Assembly: GCF_006345805.1 (NCBI RefSeq)
Contig: NC_043013.1
Location: 33,666,001-33,730,000, forward strand
DNA length: 64,000 nucleotides
Direction of reading: 5' to 3'
Source of the DNA: Octopus sinensis
Lineage: Eukaryota
Shown: positions 40,405-52,700 of the stretch, piece by piece
How the letters are laid out: every line of letters starts with the position of its first letter
How positions within the stretch are numbered: position 1 is the first letter of the stretch
Made by a program: the position numbers and the translations under genes
Notes under the pieces: model-generated
Databases searched by the model: none
What the model saw: the letters and a program-made list of their open reading frames with translations, nothing else
Told to the model about the DNA's origin: nothing

Positions 40405-40620
40405 AGGGCGCATAGCTTAAATGGTTAGAGTACCGCACTTACAATCGTGAGATGGCGTGTTTAATTCCTAGGTCGGGTGGTACGTTCTGTTCTTGAGCAA
40501 AACACTTCATCTCACCTCGATCTGAGACCACTTCGGCAACTGAGGTGTGGTACATCCTACCCCCGTTCAGACAACATTGATTTCATGGGAAGATTGAACT
40601 AATATACAGCACAAACACAT
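40405..40620 (+). mobile_element. Old SINE related to family C
   Basis: ggcgcatagcttaaatggttagag...ttcttgagcaaaacacttcatctcac. Confidence 0.6.
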
Positions 40621-41039
40621 AATCTCAGCCAAAAATTGCAGAACTTTCTCAGACTACGATTGACTACCATCATCTCACGATATACATCGATCTTCTCTAT
40701 CCATTTTGCTATACTGTCCTTCACTCATCTTAATGTTTCTACGATTAATGATTTGATAGTTACCTTCATTTTTCAAATCTTAACGACTTCATACTTGTAC
40801 TCGTTATTATCAGCTTATTTGCTCCGTTACTTTTCATTTTTGCATCGAACAGACTTATTCATACGTATGGAGAAAATATCACAGGATTCGACAAAACTTT
40901 GATCCATATATTAAGTGGAGACGCGTGGCTCCACTTGTTTATGTTATGCCTTTTACGTGTATTTTGCAGCTCTGAGATTCCATTTGATTTATATTGGGTT
41001 TTTATCTGTTTTGCTATCACAGCGAGTTCTTCAGTTACA

Positions 41040-41870
41040 AATACTGCAGCGGTTGATTTTGGTTCCGTCTTTAGAGGCTGCATCGTTGCAGTGTACAACG
41101 ATATTTGCTCGGTGTTCAGAGTAAATGGCTACGTGTCGGAATCGTTCAGTATCATGTGAACATTCTGCTATGGTTGTCCTCTATCTTCCCTTCTGTATAG
41201 GAGGTTTCGAGAGGCATCTCGTAAGAACTAGGAATCGGAAGATCCGTGTTTGCGTATGCGGACGACGACAGCGTAACAGTGTCGGACACTAAGCACATCG
41301 TAGTGATCGATTCTACTCTAAGGAAATACGACACGTGCGACGAGCAAAAATTACCCAATAGAAAGCACTGATCCTGCAGCAAACCCATACAGTCTAATTT
41401 TACTGGACGGACCAGTTAAATTGCTCGGTATTCGGTTTGGTCTAGACATCCAAATGGACAAGAACTGGAATGAGATGATGAGTAGGGTGCCTGGTGTTAC
41501 AAAGAAATAGGCTGAAAAGAAACTATCCTTGAAGTGCAGGACACAGATGGTGAAGGCCTACATTGCAATCGTCAGCTAATATTGCCTAACCATGGCACCT
41601 TGCCCGGCTTCATGACGGATGAGAATGGAACGCCTGCTTTTTCTATTTTTGTTGAGGGAGGGAGCAAGTTCTGCTGGTCAGACGATCAATTTTTCAGCAT
41701 CCGCTGCTTTGAAAACTGGGTGTACTGTGACTAATGATGCGCAGACATGTTCCACTATGGCGTTCTGTAGAGGATTAGTGGCAGATAAGAGCGACGACGT
41801 CCTCGGAGCAATTGAAAATGAGCTGGTTGATCTTTTCCGGAGGACTTTGTAGCCGGCATCCATGGATAAA
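41040..41870 (+). pseudogene. Decayed Tx1/L1-clade LINE reverse transcriptase fragment
   Basis: DFGSVFRGCIVAVYNDICSVFRVNGYVSESFSI, GCPLSSLLY, FAYADD, VKLLGIRFG...NWNEMMSRV, KLSLKCR and LVRRSI..QHPL, with stops and frameshifts. Confidence 0.8.
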
Positions 41871-42103
41871 ATGTGTTTACTGTTATGTACATTTAACAGT
41901 ATTTTGGCACTGTTTACAAATTTAAATATCTTTGGAATTACATAGACAATAATTTACGTAGGATATGGGTAGTTACCATGTGCATTATGTTTTAAATTTC
42001 TTTCATTTTTGGATTTCCTGGTATCTGAGCTAGGTAGCAATCAGTTCTTTATCATTATCATCATCATCATCATCATCATCATCATTATTATTATTATCAT
42101 TAC

Positions 42104-42134
<31 letters not shown>

Positions 42135-42158
42135 TTATTATTATTATTATTATTATAT

Positions 42159-42324
42159 AGGCGCAGGAGTGGCTGTGTGGTAAGTAGCTTGCTAACCAAC
42201 CACATGGTTCCAGGTTCAGTCCCACTGCGTGGTATCTTGGGCAAGTGTCTTCTGCTATAGCCCCGGGCCGACCAATGCCTTGTGAGTGGATTTGGTAGAC
42301 GGAAACTGAAAGAAGCCTGTCGTA

Positions 42325-42383
<59 letters not shown>

Positions 42384-42601
42384 ATGTGTTTGTGTGTCTG
42401 CGTTTGTTCTCCTAGCTTTGCTTAACAACCGATGCTGGTGTGTTTACGTCCCCGTCACTTAGCGGTTCGGCAAAAAGAGACCGATAGAATAAGTACTGGG
42501 CTTACAAAGAATAAGTGCCGGGGTCGATTTGCTCGACTAAAGGCGGTGCCCCGGCATGGCCGCAGTCAAATGACTGAAACAAGTAAAAAAAGAGAAAGAG
42601 A
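42159..42601 (+). mobile_element. SINE family B, full-length young copy
   Basis: Complete head, internal (TA)n(TG)n, and tail catggccgcagtcaaatgactgaaacaagtaaaa. Confidence 0.92.
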
Positions 42602-42614
42602 GATTATTATTATT

Positions 42615-43081
42615 CGTAGTTTCCTTTCATTATAACTTTATTTCAGCTGCATTTGTGCCGGGCATCCTCCGGAGGTTAAGAGTAGCATGGACACTTTTGT
42701 TTTGCTATGCATACTAAAACTAGTACTATGGTTATTCCATTTTAATGGTTTCCGTAGTATATGGGTTGTACACATCAAGGTTATCTTTTGTAGTTTGCGG
42801 AAACTGGAGTCACCAGGCAGTAGCTTAATATACTTCTCAGCTCCCTTCTTTATCATTGCCAACGCACCAATTACTCCCGGTATTATCGTAGTACTAAGCT
42901 TCCACATTTTTATGATTTCAGTTTGCAGATCTTTATAGTGAGAAAGCTTCTGGCATTCTCTTCTTGAGACATTTTGATCTTGTGGGACAGACAAGTTCCT
43001 CTGTTGTAGTATTCCTTGAACACAATGTCTAGTCGACTGGAGTCGATTTTTCTGTCTGTTTGAATTGGGAAGTTTCAAAGG
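42615..43081 (-). mobile_element. R4/Dong-like RLE LINE 3' fragment
   Basis: RLDIVFKE...KLSHYKDLQTEIIKMWKLSTTIIPGVIGALAMIKKG...LQKITL; (AAT)n on both sides when read on the minus strand. Confidence 0.85.
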
Positions 43082-43117
<36 letters not shown>

Positions 43118-43130
43118 AATAATAATAATA

Positions 43131-43198
<68 letters not shown>

Positions 43199-43199
<1 letters not shown>

Positions 43200-43607
43200 T
43201 CTCGGCGAAAGAGTTTGACAAGCTCAGAAAATATAAAGACCTGCTCACTGAAATTGAGAAAATGTGGCATCTCAAGGCGGTTACAATACCAGTGATCGTA
43301 GGAGCACTAGGAATGATCAAGAAGGGAACCGAAAATTATAAGAGAATGATCCCTGGCTTACCATCCCTGCAAGAAGTGCAAAAGATTGTCTTAACTGGTA
43401 CATCACACGTATTGAGAAGAGCATTGTCGCTGTGAGAGCTGTTACTGCCCATGTATTTTAATTTAACCTTAAAAAAAAATGAACGAACTATTGAATTTGG
43501 TTTAATGGCCTACCAATGTATACTATGAGTTTCTTTGCTCAGGAGTCAGGAAGACGCTCGGCAAGAAATGGAAGCAAATTTGAAAGAAGAAGAAAAAAAA
43601 ATAATAA
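43199..43607 (+). mobile_element. R4/Dong-like RLE LINE 3' fragment
   Basis: ISAKEFDKLRKYKDLLTEIEKMWHLKAVTIPVIVGALGMIKKG...LQEVQKIVLTGTSHVLRRALSL*; starts after (AAT)n. Confidence 0.88.
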
Positions 43608-43609
43608 TG

Positions 43610-44375
43610 ATATAGACGTCGCACAGTATACAATATCATGAGGTTGTTGATTGATGATATTGTGTCTACCGTTTGTCAAGTCACAACTAAGACATCACAC
43701 AGACAGTAATTTACCCAATATGCGTGCAGTTCCAAGTACTGCCGACTTTTGCAATGCACCTGGATTGTAGGGTATTTCTAAATTTTTCAGATGTTTTTTG
43801 CAGATTGGGTGGTATTGAACCCAATACTCTGATGACAATAGGGATAAACTTTATATTTGACTCACGTATTTGCCACATCTTAGCGATCTCAATTCTCAGG
43901 TCTTCATATTTATTAAACCTTTTCCCTTTCTTTCATGATGATATGTTGATCTCCTGGCACTGCCACATCAATTATTATGAACTCTTGTTTGTCCCTCCTA
44001 AAGGTTACTACATCTGGCCTTCGGTGCTCTAATAACTTGCATGTCTGGAAGTCAAAGTCCCAGAGCAATTTTTTGCCTCCGGCCTTTACCTTTTCCGCTG
44101 GATGTTGGTACCAAGCACCTGTATACGCATATCCATACTTACGGCATAGTAGCCAGTGGATGTTTTAGGCTACGCTTGTACTCTTTCTGTGCAAGACTAT
44201 CACAATCACTAATATTGAAAGAAGAAGCAAGGCAGAACATTTGGTAAAAAAACAGACAAGACCTGCTACAGTATGCTGTTAATGCAGAAGGATTTAACAA
44301 AAATGGACTTGAGAGTGCTCATGAATTCCGAACAAGAACAGCTAACGAGAGGGAAGAAACCCTACTCCGCATGGA
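43610..44375 (-). mobile_element. R4/Dong-like RLE LINE fragment, probably with an inverted 5' segment
   Basis: Minus strand CDSLAQKEYKR, LLWDFDFQT...HRRPDVV...IIIDVAVPGD, KYEDLRIEIAKMW and LQKSAVLGTARIL. Positions 44200-44375 read on the plus strand instead. Confidence 0.82.
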
Positions 44376-44415
44376 ATTATTATTATTATTATTGTTATTA
44401 TTATTACTATTATTA

Positions 44416-44467
<52 letters not shown>

Positions 44468-44470
<3 letters not shown>

Positions 44471-44840
44471 TCTTTTACTCTTTTACTTGTTTCAGTCATT
44501 TGACTGTGGCCAGCTTAGTACTTATTCTATCGGTGTCTTTTGCCGAACCGCTAAGTCACGGGGACGTAAACATACCAGCATCGGTCGCCAAGTGATGTTG
44601 GGGGGGGGCACAAACACCTGACACACAAACATATACACACACACATCATACATCACACATATATATGTACATATGTACGATGGGCTTCTTTCAGTTCCAG
44701 TCTACCAAATCCACTCACAAGGCTTTTTCGGCCTGTGGCTATAGTACAAGACACTTGCCCAAGATGCCACGCAGTGGGACTTAACCCGGAACCATGTGGT
44801 TGGTAAGCAAGCTACTTACCACGCAGCCACTCCCACGCCT
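44468..44840 (-). mobile_element. SINE family B with internal deletion
   Basis: Tail cttgtttcagtcatttgactgtggcc; head cacgcagccactcc. Confidence 0.85.
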
Positions 44841-44841
44841 A

Positions 44842-44897
<56 letters not shown>

Positions 44898-45459
44898 CAT
44901 TATTATTTACTATTATTGTATATATATATATATATTAATCAATATAAATATTCATACCTTCCTGCTTTTTTCCACACATTAAGGGATGCAACTCAAATGA
45001 AAAAGAGGAAAAGAACTCCAGAGAAGAGAGAAGGAAAATACAGCAGACGATAATAGTAAATGGTGGCATTAGCGGCGGCGGTGATGTTTATTTGCTGTTT
45101 CTGGTGGCTATTGTTTCTTTGCTGCTGGAAGTCATTGGAGTTTTGGAGGCGACGACGACGATAATTACCTGCACTAAAGCGCATGCGCTAATTCATACGA
45201 ATTTTAAAAAATTTCAATAGAAAAAGTAAAAGAAAATAGAATAAAACATAAAATATTGGCCGCCAGCACCTTACCACTTATAAAACCCCACCACTGCCTC
45301 TTTCGTTTACTGAGACTCAAACAATATTACCGCCATAACAAGCTAAAACACTTCATAGTGTATGTATGTATGTATGTATGTACCTGCATGTGCTTATACA
45401 AAACATATATATACACACGCACGCATGCATATATGCACACACATGCGTATATACATGCA

Positions 45460-45500
<41 letters not shown>

Positions 45501-45531
45501 TTATTTATTTATTTATACATACATATATATA

Positions 45532-45569
<38 letters not shown>

Positions 45570-45666
45570 CGGGAAGCTTTATGAAAATAGACAAAAGACG
45601 AAGGCAGGTGGAAAACAAACAAACAATTGTATTAGTATGGCGCTCAGGAAATATAAATAAAACAAG

Positions 45667-45704
45667 TCTTTAACGTTTCGAGCCTACGCTCTTCAACAGA
45701 AAGA
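45667..45704 (-). ncRNA. Type-I minimal hammerhead-like motif (A6-to-U core variant)
   Basis: tcttt-CTGTTGA-a-GAGC gtag GCTC-GAAAC-GTT-aaaga. Stem I is a perfect 5 bp, stem II a perfect 4 bp, and stem III is the palindrome ACGT. Confidence 0.55.
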
Positions 45705-45867
45705 TACACAGAGAGAAAAAAACACAGAAAGAAGGAGAGAAAAAAAATGCGTGCAGTAACTAACGAACCAACATGGCGATCTGATTTCGGCCAGAAGTCA
45801 AAGATCAAACATGAGACGCGAGAGCGAAATTAGGGGAGATAATAGGGTTGAGTGACCAGCTCCAACA

Positions 45868-46240
45868 TAAGGGTGTGTGTGTGTGTGTATGAGAGAGTAT
45901 TAGTGCGTATGAGAGGTCTGGACGTGTGTATGTATAGGATTGGTGTATGTATTAGTATGTATTAGTATGTATAAGGGTGTGTGTGTGTGTGTATGAGAGA
46001 GTATTAGTGCGTATGAGAGGTCTGGACGTGTGTATGTATAGGGTTGGTGTATGTATTAGTATGTATTAGTATGTATTAGTATGTATTAGTACGTATTAGT
46101 ATGTATAAGGGTGTGTGTGTGTGTGTGTGTGTATGAGAGAGCATTAGTGCGTATGAGAGGTCTGGACGTGTGTATGTATAGGGTTGGTGTATGTATTAGT
46201 ATGTATTAGTATGTATTAGTATGTATTAGTTGGTGTATGT
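45868..46240. repeat. Minisatellite, 3 units of about 103-133 bp with nested 10-bp tagtatgtat repeats
   Basis: tgcgtatgagaggtctggacgtgtgtatgtatagg occurs three times. Confidence 0.9.
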
Positions 46241-46330
46241 ATTAGTATGGCACATCATATATGATGTGATGTGTAAAGTCGTGTGGTGTAGTGTGGAGAG
46301 AGGAGAAGAGGGGGAGGGGGAGAAGAGGGG

Positions 46331-46369
<39 letters not shown>

Positions 46370-46446
46370 GCAAAAAAATAAAAGGCGAAGACAGGTGACG
46401 TAAACAACAAACAGATTTATTAGTATAACGCTCGGGAAGTGAAAAC

Positions 46447-46485
46447 GTCTTTAACGTTTCGAACCTACGCTCTTCTACGTGAAGG
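46447..46485 (-). ncRNA. Second, more degenerate copy of the hammerhead-like motif
   Basis: ...cgtagaa-GAGC gtag GTTC-GAAAC-GTT-aaaga. Stem II is kept through a G-U pair; the core is eroded. Confidence 0.4.
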
Positions 46486-46597
46486 AACACAGAAAGAAAC
46501 AAGGAGAGAAAATAAAGAGAGAAAATAAAGAATGCGTAGTGGCTAGCGATGCATACATATACACACATATATACATATATACATACATATATATATA

Positions 46598-46659
<62 letters not shown>

Positions 46660-46834
46660 ATACACACCCTGCATGCGTGCGTGTATGTATATGTATGTAT
46701 GGATGGATGGATGTATGTATGTAAGTATGCATGTGTGTATGTATGCATCTATGTGCGTGTGTATATGTATGCATGCGTGCGTGTGTGTATATGTATGTGT
46801 ATATGCATGAATGTATGGATATGTGCGTGTGTAA

Positions 46835-47043
46835 AGCTGGCAGAATCGTTAGAATGCCGAGCAAAATGCCTGGTAGCATTTCGTCTGTCTTTACTTTCTA
46901 GGTTCAAATGCTGCCGTGGTCGACTTTGCCTTTCGTCCTTTCGGGGTCAATAAACTAAATACCAGTTATGCAATGGCGTAGATGTACTCGACTGATCCCC
47001 TCCTTACAAAAATGTCAAGCCTTGTGCCTATAGTAGAAAGGAT
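46835..47043 (+). mobile_element. SINE family A
   Basis: agctggcagaatcgttag...gtcgactttgcctttcgtcctttcggggtc. Confidence 0.85.
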
Positions 47044-49799
47044 CTATGTATGTATGTATGTATGTATGTATGTATGTATGTATGTACGTATGTATGTATG
47101 TATGTATGTATGTATGTATGTATTTCCACGTGTTTCGCTTGCTCTCGCCCTTCGAACATTGGTGACCTTGAGCCAAAATTAGAAAGAATATTACGACTAC
47201 TATTAAGGCGTATCTGAGTTGGTTCTTTGAAGGCTGGAAGAATGCTTTGTCGTATTTCTTCTCGTTGTTTACGTTTTGAATTCACATTCCGCTGAGGTCA
47301 ACATTGCTTCATCCGTCAAGGGTTCGATAAAATAAAGTACTCTTTATGTTCCATGTATATGTGTTGGAGTGGGGTGAGGTGATATCGATTAACTTCTCTC
47401 CCTCAAAACTACTAGCCTTGTGACTGTATCAATAACAATTATCAAATGGCTGAGCTGGAAGATTCGTTAAAGTGTCGGGGAAAATGCGTTGCACTGTTTA
47501 TTTCAGATCTCCACGTTCTCAGCCCAAATGCCGCGGGGTTGAATTTTGCCTTTCATCCCTCTTAGGCCGATAAAGTAAGATACTTGACAAATAACGGGGC
47601 TAATTGGTCCCTTCAGAATTGTTTATCTTGTTCCCAACTTGTACGTAATTATTATTTTATTTATTTGAATAGGTAAATTGGTCTTTTAATTTTAAGCAGA
47701 ACGTTTTTTACGGGATTGGTTTTTGCCTTTCAGTCATCTTACGGACGATAAAGTAACTGTTAGTCAAAACATGGACAAATTACAACTAACTATGCCTGGT
47801 TTGTGGCTATGCTAAAAAGAACGCGGGACAAATGTAGGTACTGGAAACAGTGACATTCATGCATTTCCTAAAACTATTTTTCAGCGTATGCAAAACGAAA
47901 TGATTTGAAACCGGGTCAAGAAGTCGACTTACCAGACTCGTACCTCTTTCTTTTTTTATTATTAATTAATTTGTTATTTTTCATTCATTATTTTTTTTTC
48001 ATTCTTTCTGCGACGTTTGTCACAATTTAGAGAAAATATTGATCAACGTGTGCACACCTTTAAGCTATCTTCCTTTCGTTTTCGTAATGTGCTTCCTGCA
48101 AATCAAACCAGAATAATCTCACCACAAGGAAATAAAACTAAATGAATCAAGTTATTTAATTTAACAACAAATAAATAAATGAATGAATAAATCAAAATAA
48201 TTTCAATCTCAGTCGCTCACACATACACACATTCATTCAATCAGTCATTCACATCTCTCATTCACTCACACTGTTCTTTTCAGGAAGACCTAAACGGAGT
48301 GGTGAAGGCATGGTGTATGGAATAAAAACCCGTCGCTTAAGGCGCTTCTATGTTTTCTTTAGCGGACACATCACACATGTGGAAACCGAGTAAAAATTAA
48401 GAAGACTTTCAAGTTGAAGATATGAAATCGCTAATAGAAAATACCATAATTTAATCATTCGAGTTAAATCTTAATCACCATCGAAGTTGTCACGCTGGTG
48501 TTGCGTTCGTTTGCATTCTCCAACTGTTTCGAATAGGAGGAAGAAATCACGACTTTGATTATCAATTCACTGAACCGCTTCAAACGGTTTTAAATGTGAT
48601 GTTAAAGCTGGTGTAGTATGTGTTGTTGCTGAATACTTTTTGCTTTTGTATTTCATTCATTTATTAAAATTTTTTTTTTCCGTAATGAATATTCACATTG
48701 CAAGGAGGAGGGGTATATAAAGAAGAAAATAAAGAAAAGAAAGAGAGAAAGAAATAAATGAGATTAGATGTCGTTGACTTTATTGTGGACATCATAACAG
48801 ATGGAAAAATTATGTTCGCGTCAACCAAATTAAAGATGTGTTTTGTAACGATCATACTTCTATTTAAGAAACCAATTTTCTATGACGAGCTTTTGCGTTT
48901 GAACATGGTTTTTTAATGCTACCCATGCTCTCGAAATATAGAGTATGCGAACTCGAGATTTACTAACTTTACATTCAATCTTTATACCAGTCAGTTGATA
49001 CTTTCATATCCAGGTATGTTATTGTATCTTAAATTTTACTTTAGTAAAGAAAAAAGAAAAATGGTGGCCTATTTTTCTGAGCAAATCTCCATTTTATGTT
49101 ATTTTCACGTGACTGTCGAGACATACTGCAGACCAAGGTGTCACTGAGTAGATCTTCTGCTGAAAAAAAATTCATAGTGGTTCAGACCTTCGTAGTATGC
49201 GAATTTTTCATATATTTTCTCATATAATTTCCATTTCGTTTGCTTGTAGTGTAAATCTATCACTTCTTAACAATTATGCTAAGAGTATAAAATGATAGGT
49301 AAACTAGCAAAGTTCAGAAAGCCAAAACTTGTACTTCTACACCTGCTATTAACAACCATTATAACTTTAGTAAAAGCCTTATTATATAAGCAATTAAGCA
49401 ACACCTCTCTGTTAGTGAAATCACCTGATTGTTAGATTCTCCAATAAAAACGAAAATGTAATCTATGAAAGACATAACACTTATACAACTGATACATTTA
49501 ATATATGAAGCATATAAGTTCTGTCTAGGACATCTATGTGAAAGCTTTTGTCTTGGAAATTCAAACGTTGTATAAATTGCTTTCAGCCTACAACTCTCAT
49601 GAAGTTGCAAATCTACTGGGAGACAAGAATATATATTTTATTGTTATTATAACACACTCTCCATCAATTCAGTATTGTAGATATTTAAAGTGTTAACAAA
49701 TACTAAGAAGTCGAATTTATTTGCAATTAAGCCATTTTCCTCTTACATGTTGCTGGTTATAGTGTCTTAAAATAGTGTTAGTATTACAAATGGATGAGA

Positions 49800-49945
49800 A
49801 GACGCGTAGTCCAATTATTAGGCAACTTGGTTTTCGCATATAAGGCCACGAGTTCGATTCTCGGCCCGAGAGAAGCATTGCGTCCTTGGGAAAGGTATTT
49901 TACTTCACATTGCTACTGCCCACTCAATTAATCAAAAGATGAATA
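49800..49945 (+). mobile_element. Old tRNA-derived SINE head related to family C
   Basis: gagttcgattc B-box; tgcgtccttgggaaaggtattttacttcacattgct. Confidence 0.5.
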
Positions 49946-50024
49946 TTTAGATTGACAAAGTGAGTGGCCAGGGTCGGGTTTGAGCGACAGCTTTAACTAG
50001 TAAGTGCAACAACCAAAATTCTTT

Positions 50025-50308
50025 TATTCTTTTCATTATTTCAGTCATTTGACCGCGAGCATGCTGGAGCACCGCCTTAAAGGGTTTTAGTCGAAGAAAT
50101 CGATCCCCAGGAATTTATTCTTTGTAAGTTTAGTACTTATAAAATTATTTTATTCTTTGCAAGTTTAGTACTTATGCTATCGGCCTCTTTTTTCCGAACC
50201 ACTAAGTTACGGAGACGTAAACATACCAGCATCGGTTGTCAAGCGATGGTAGGGGAGTCCAAGACAAACAGACACACACACACACATACACGCACACACA
50301 CACACACA

Positions 50309-50359
<51 letters not shown>

Positions 50360-50525
50360 CGACGGGATCCTTTCAGTTTCTGTGTATTAAATCATTAAAT
50401 CCACTCGCAAGTCTTTGGTCGGACCGAGGCTATTGTAGAAGACACTTGCTCAAGGTGCCACGCCGTGGGACTGAACCCGGGTCCATGTGGATGGGAAGGA
50501 AGTTTCTTACCACACAGTCACGCCT
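50025..50525 (-). mobile_element. SINE family B
   Basis: Tail, internal (CA)n(TA)n and head present; a small internal duplication lies at about 50110-50175. Confidence 0.85.
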
Positions 50526-50654
50526 TAAAGATCGAAGTGGATTCTTATACTTTATCTTTATTCTTTGTCATCATGCTGCGAGACACATCACATGACAAGC
50601 GTTCCACTTAAAACAATCATTGAGAAAGAACAAAATTATTGTCGATATGACAGT

Positions 50655-51028
50655 CGTAGGCGTGACTGTGTGGTAAAAAGCTGAGTTTTCAATGAATGAC
50701 ATAGTGCCTGGTTCAGTCTCATTGTGTGGCACTTTGCATAAGCATTTTCTACCGGGCGATTGTGAGTAGATTTCGTAAACGGAAACTAAAAGAAACCCGT
50801 CGCATATATATATGTGTGTGCGTGTGTGTGTTTGGGGGGGGGGTTACATCCTCGATCGCTTTGCCGTAACTTAGCAGTTCAGCAAAAGAGACCGATAGAA
50901 TAATACCAAGCTTTAGGGAAAAATAAGTTCTAGGGCGTATTCGTTCGACTAAGATTCTTCAATGTGGTGCCCCAGCATGGCCGGAGTTCAAATGATCGAA
51001 ACAAGTAAGAAAGAAAAAAGATAAAAGA
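50655..51028 (+). mobile_element. SINE family B, diverged
   Basis: ggcgtgactgtgtggtaa ... cagcatggccggagttcaaatgatcgaaacaagtaa. Confidence 0.8.
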
Positions 51029-51799
51029 TGATATCTACCGTACATGTTCTTCAGTATTTGAATGATCCTCACATAGTTATCCTCTTATCAAACGAGCTCC
51101 TTTAAGGATAACAGTACCTTCTAAACATTAGGCATACACACAACTTTCAAGTTCTACCGCCAGGTATTACGTCGAAATATGACGGGCTTGCCTTACTTCG
51201 TACGCTTTTAGAATATGTATAAGATTCATAATGCATACGCTAAATCCTAAATTTATAAGTATCACACGGATAAAACATCAGTCCATATAGATCGTTCTTT
51301 CATAACATTTCCTAGAAGAGCATGTCTCACAAATGTCCACAGAATAGAGTAGGAGTTCCCAATCTTATTTTGCTTGTGGACCCCCTCAGAGCTATCTTAT
51401 CTGTGGTTCCCATATATGTACATGTTAATTTTTTAAATAAAATATTTGTTTGTAGCTTAGTAAAAATTAACAATGAAGCAATTTCGTTATATTCATAACA
51501 TAAATCCCATATACAAATCTTGAAACTTTCAATAAATAAACGCACCTCTCCTAGTAAGCAAAATTTATTTATGGACCTAAAAATTACAATTTTTTACTCT
51601 TAGACATCCTTAAAGCTTCTGTGGATCCCAGTTGGGAACCCCAGGTGTAGAGTTATAAAATGTACAATGCTGAACAACTAATACGATTTTTACAAATTTC
51701 AAGTGATATTTATTCTTCACTGTTGCCGACATATGTAGATTAGTGAAACTTCTGTACACTCGTAGCTTCAACATCATGTCCGAAGAAAGAAGTGTCGAC

Positions 51800-52020
51800 T
51801 AACAGACAACCCCTCAATCCAAAACTCTGTAAATTCAATCTGCATGCCACCGTTCCTCAATATCCTCTCACTTCGCTGCTTAGCTTTTCGTCCTTAGTGC
51901 GTCTAACTCGATGGTTTCCGCGTTAGAGTTCTTTCTTCGGTCTTACTTGGGATAGCATTTCCTCATTAGCGTACATGAGTACTTCTAATCAGTCTCATTG
52001 TGTACTAGAATTAAGGGCCA
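51800..52020 (-). pseudogene. Possible decayed RTE-type LINE C-terminal remnant
   Basis: YANEEMLSQVRPKKEL resembles the RTE NEEVL..V..KR.L segment. Confidence 0.25.
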
Positions 52021-52280
52021 AATCTCTTCAACCTTCTGTATTGAAAAATGCTAGACAACATAAACTTGGATACACTGTACTCGCAAGAAAAAAAACACAC
52101 AAAAAAAAACAGTACGACAAAGATCAGTGTAGTTAAGGCTGAAATACATTTTTAGCGTTGCTTTGATCGAACTGGGATAATCTAGAGCAAAACAACGATG
52201 GACAAAAAAAACAATTCATTTCTTGCTTATATTTTCTTCACTAATGCCGGGATTTAAAACATTAATCTGAAAAGTTTATT

Positions 52281-52700
52281 CTTTTGTATTCTAGGCACAA
52301 AGCCCGAAATTTTTGGGGAGGGGGTCAGTCAATTATATCAACCCCAGTACGTAACTGGTATCTAATTTATTGATCCCTAAAGGACGAAAGGCAAAGTCGA
52401 TCTCAGCGGAATTTGAACTCAGAACATAAAGACAAGACGAAATACCGCTAAGAATTTCGCCCGCCGTGCTAACGTTTCTTATTTCTTTATTACCCACAAG
52501 GGGCTAAACATAGAGGGGACAAACAAGGACAGAGAAAGGGATTGAGTCAATTACATAGACCCCAGTGCGTAACTGGTACCTAATTTATCGACCCCCGAAA
52601 GGATGAAAGGCAAAGTCGACTTCGGTGGAATTTGAACTCAGACGAAATACGGCTACGCATTTCGCCCGGCGTGCTAACGTTTCTGCCAGCTCGTCGCCTT
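52281..52700 (-). mobile_element. SINE family A dimer with two different tails, inside one 20-bp TSD
   Basis: attaatctgaaaagtttatt at 52261-52280 and 52701-52720. Confidence 0.9.

Larger units (their letters stand above)
45570..46545 (-). mobile_element. Non-coding composite with two related hammerhead-like termini 781 bp apart (pseudo-LTR/retrozyme-like)
   Basis: Related ~150-bp blocks at about 45590-45740 and 46380-46530; bounded by TA-rich arrays. Confidence 0.55.
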
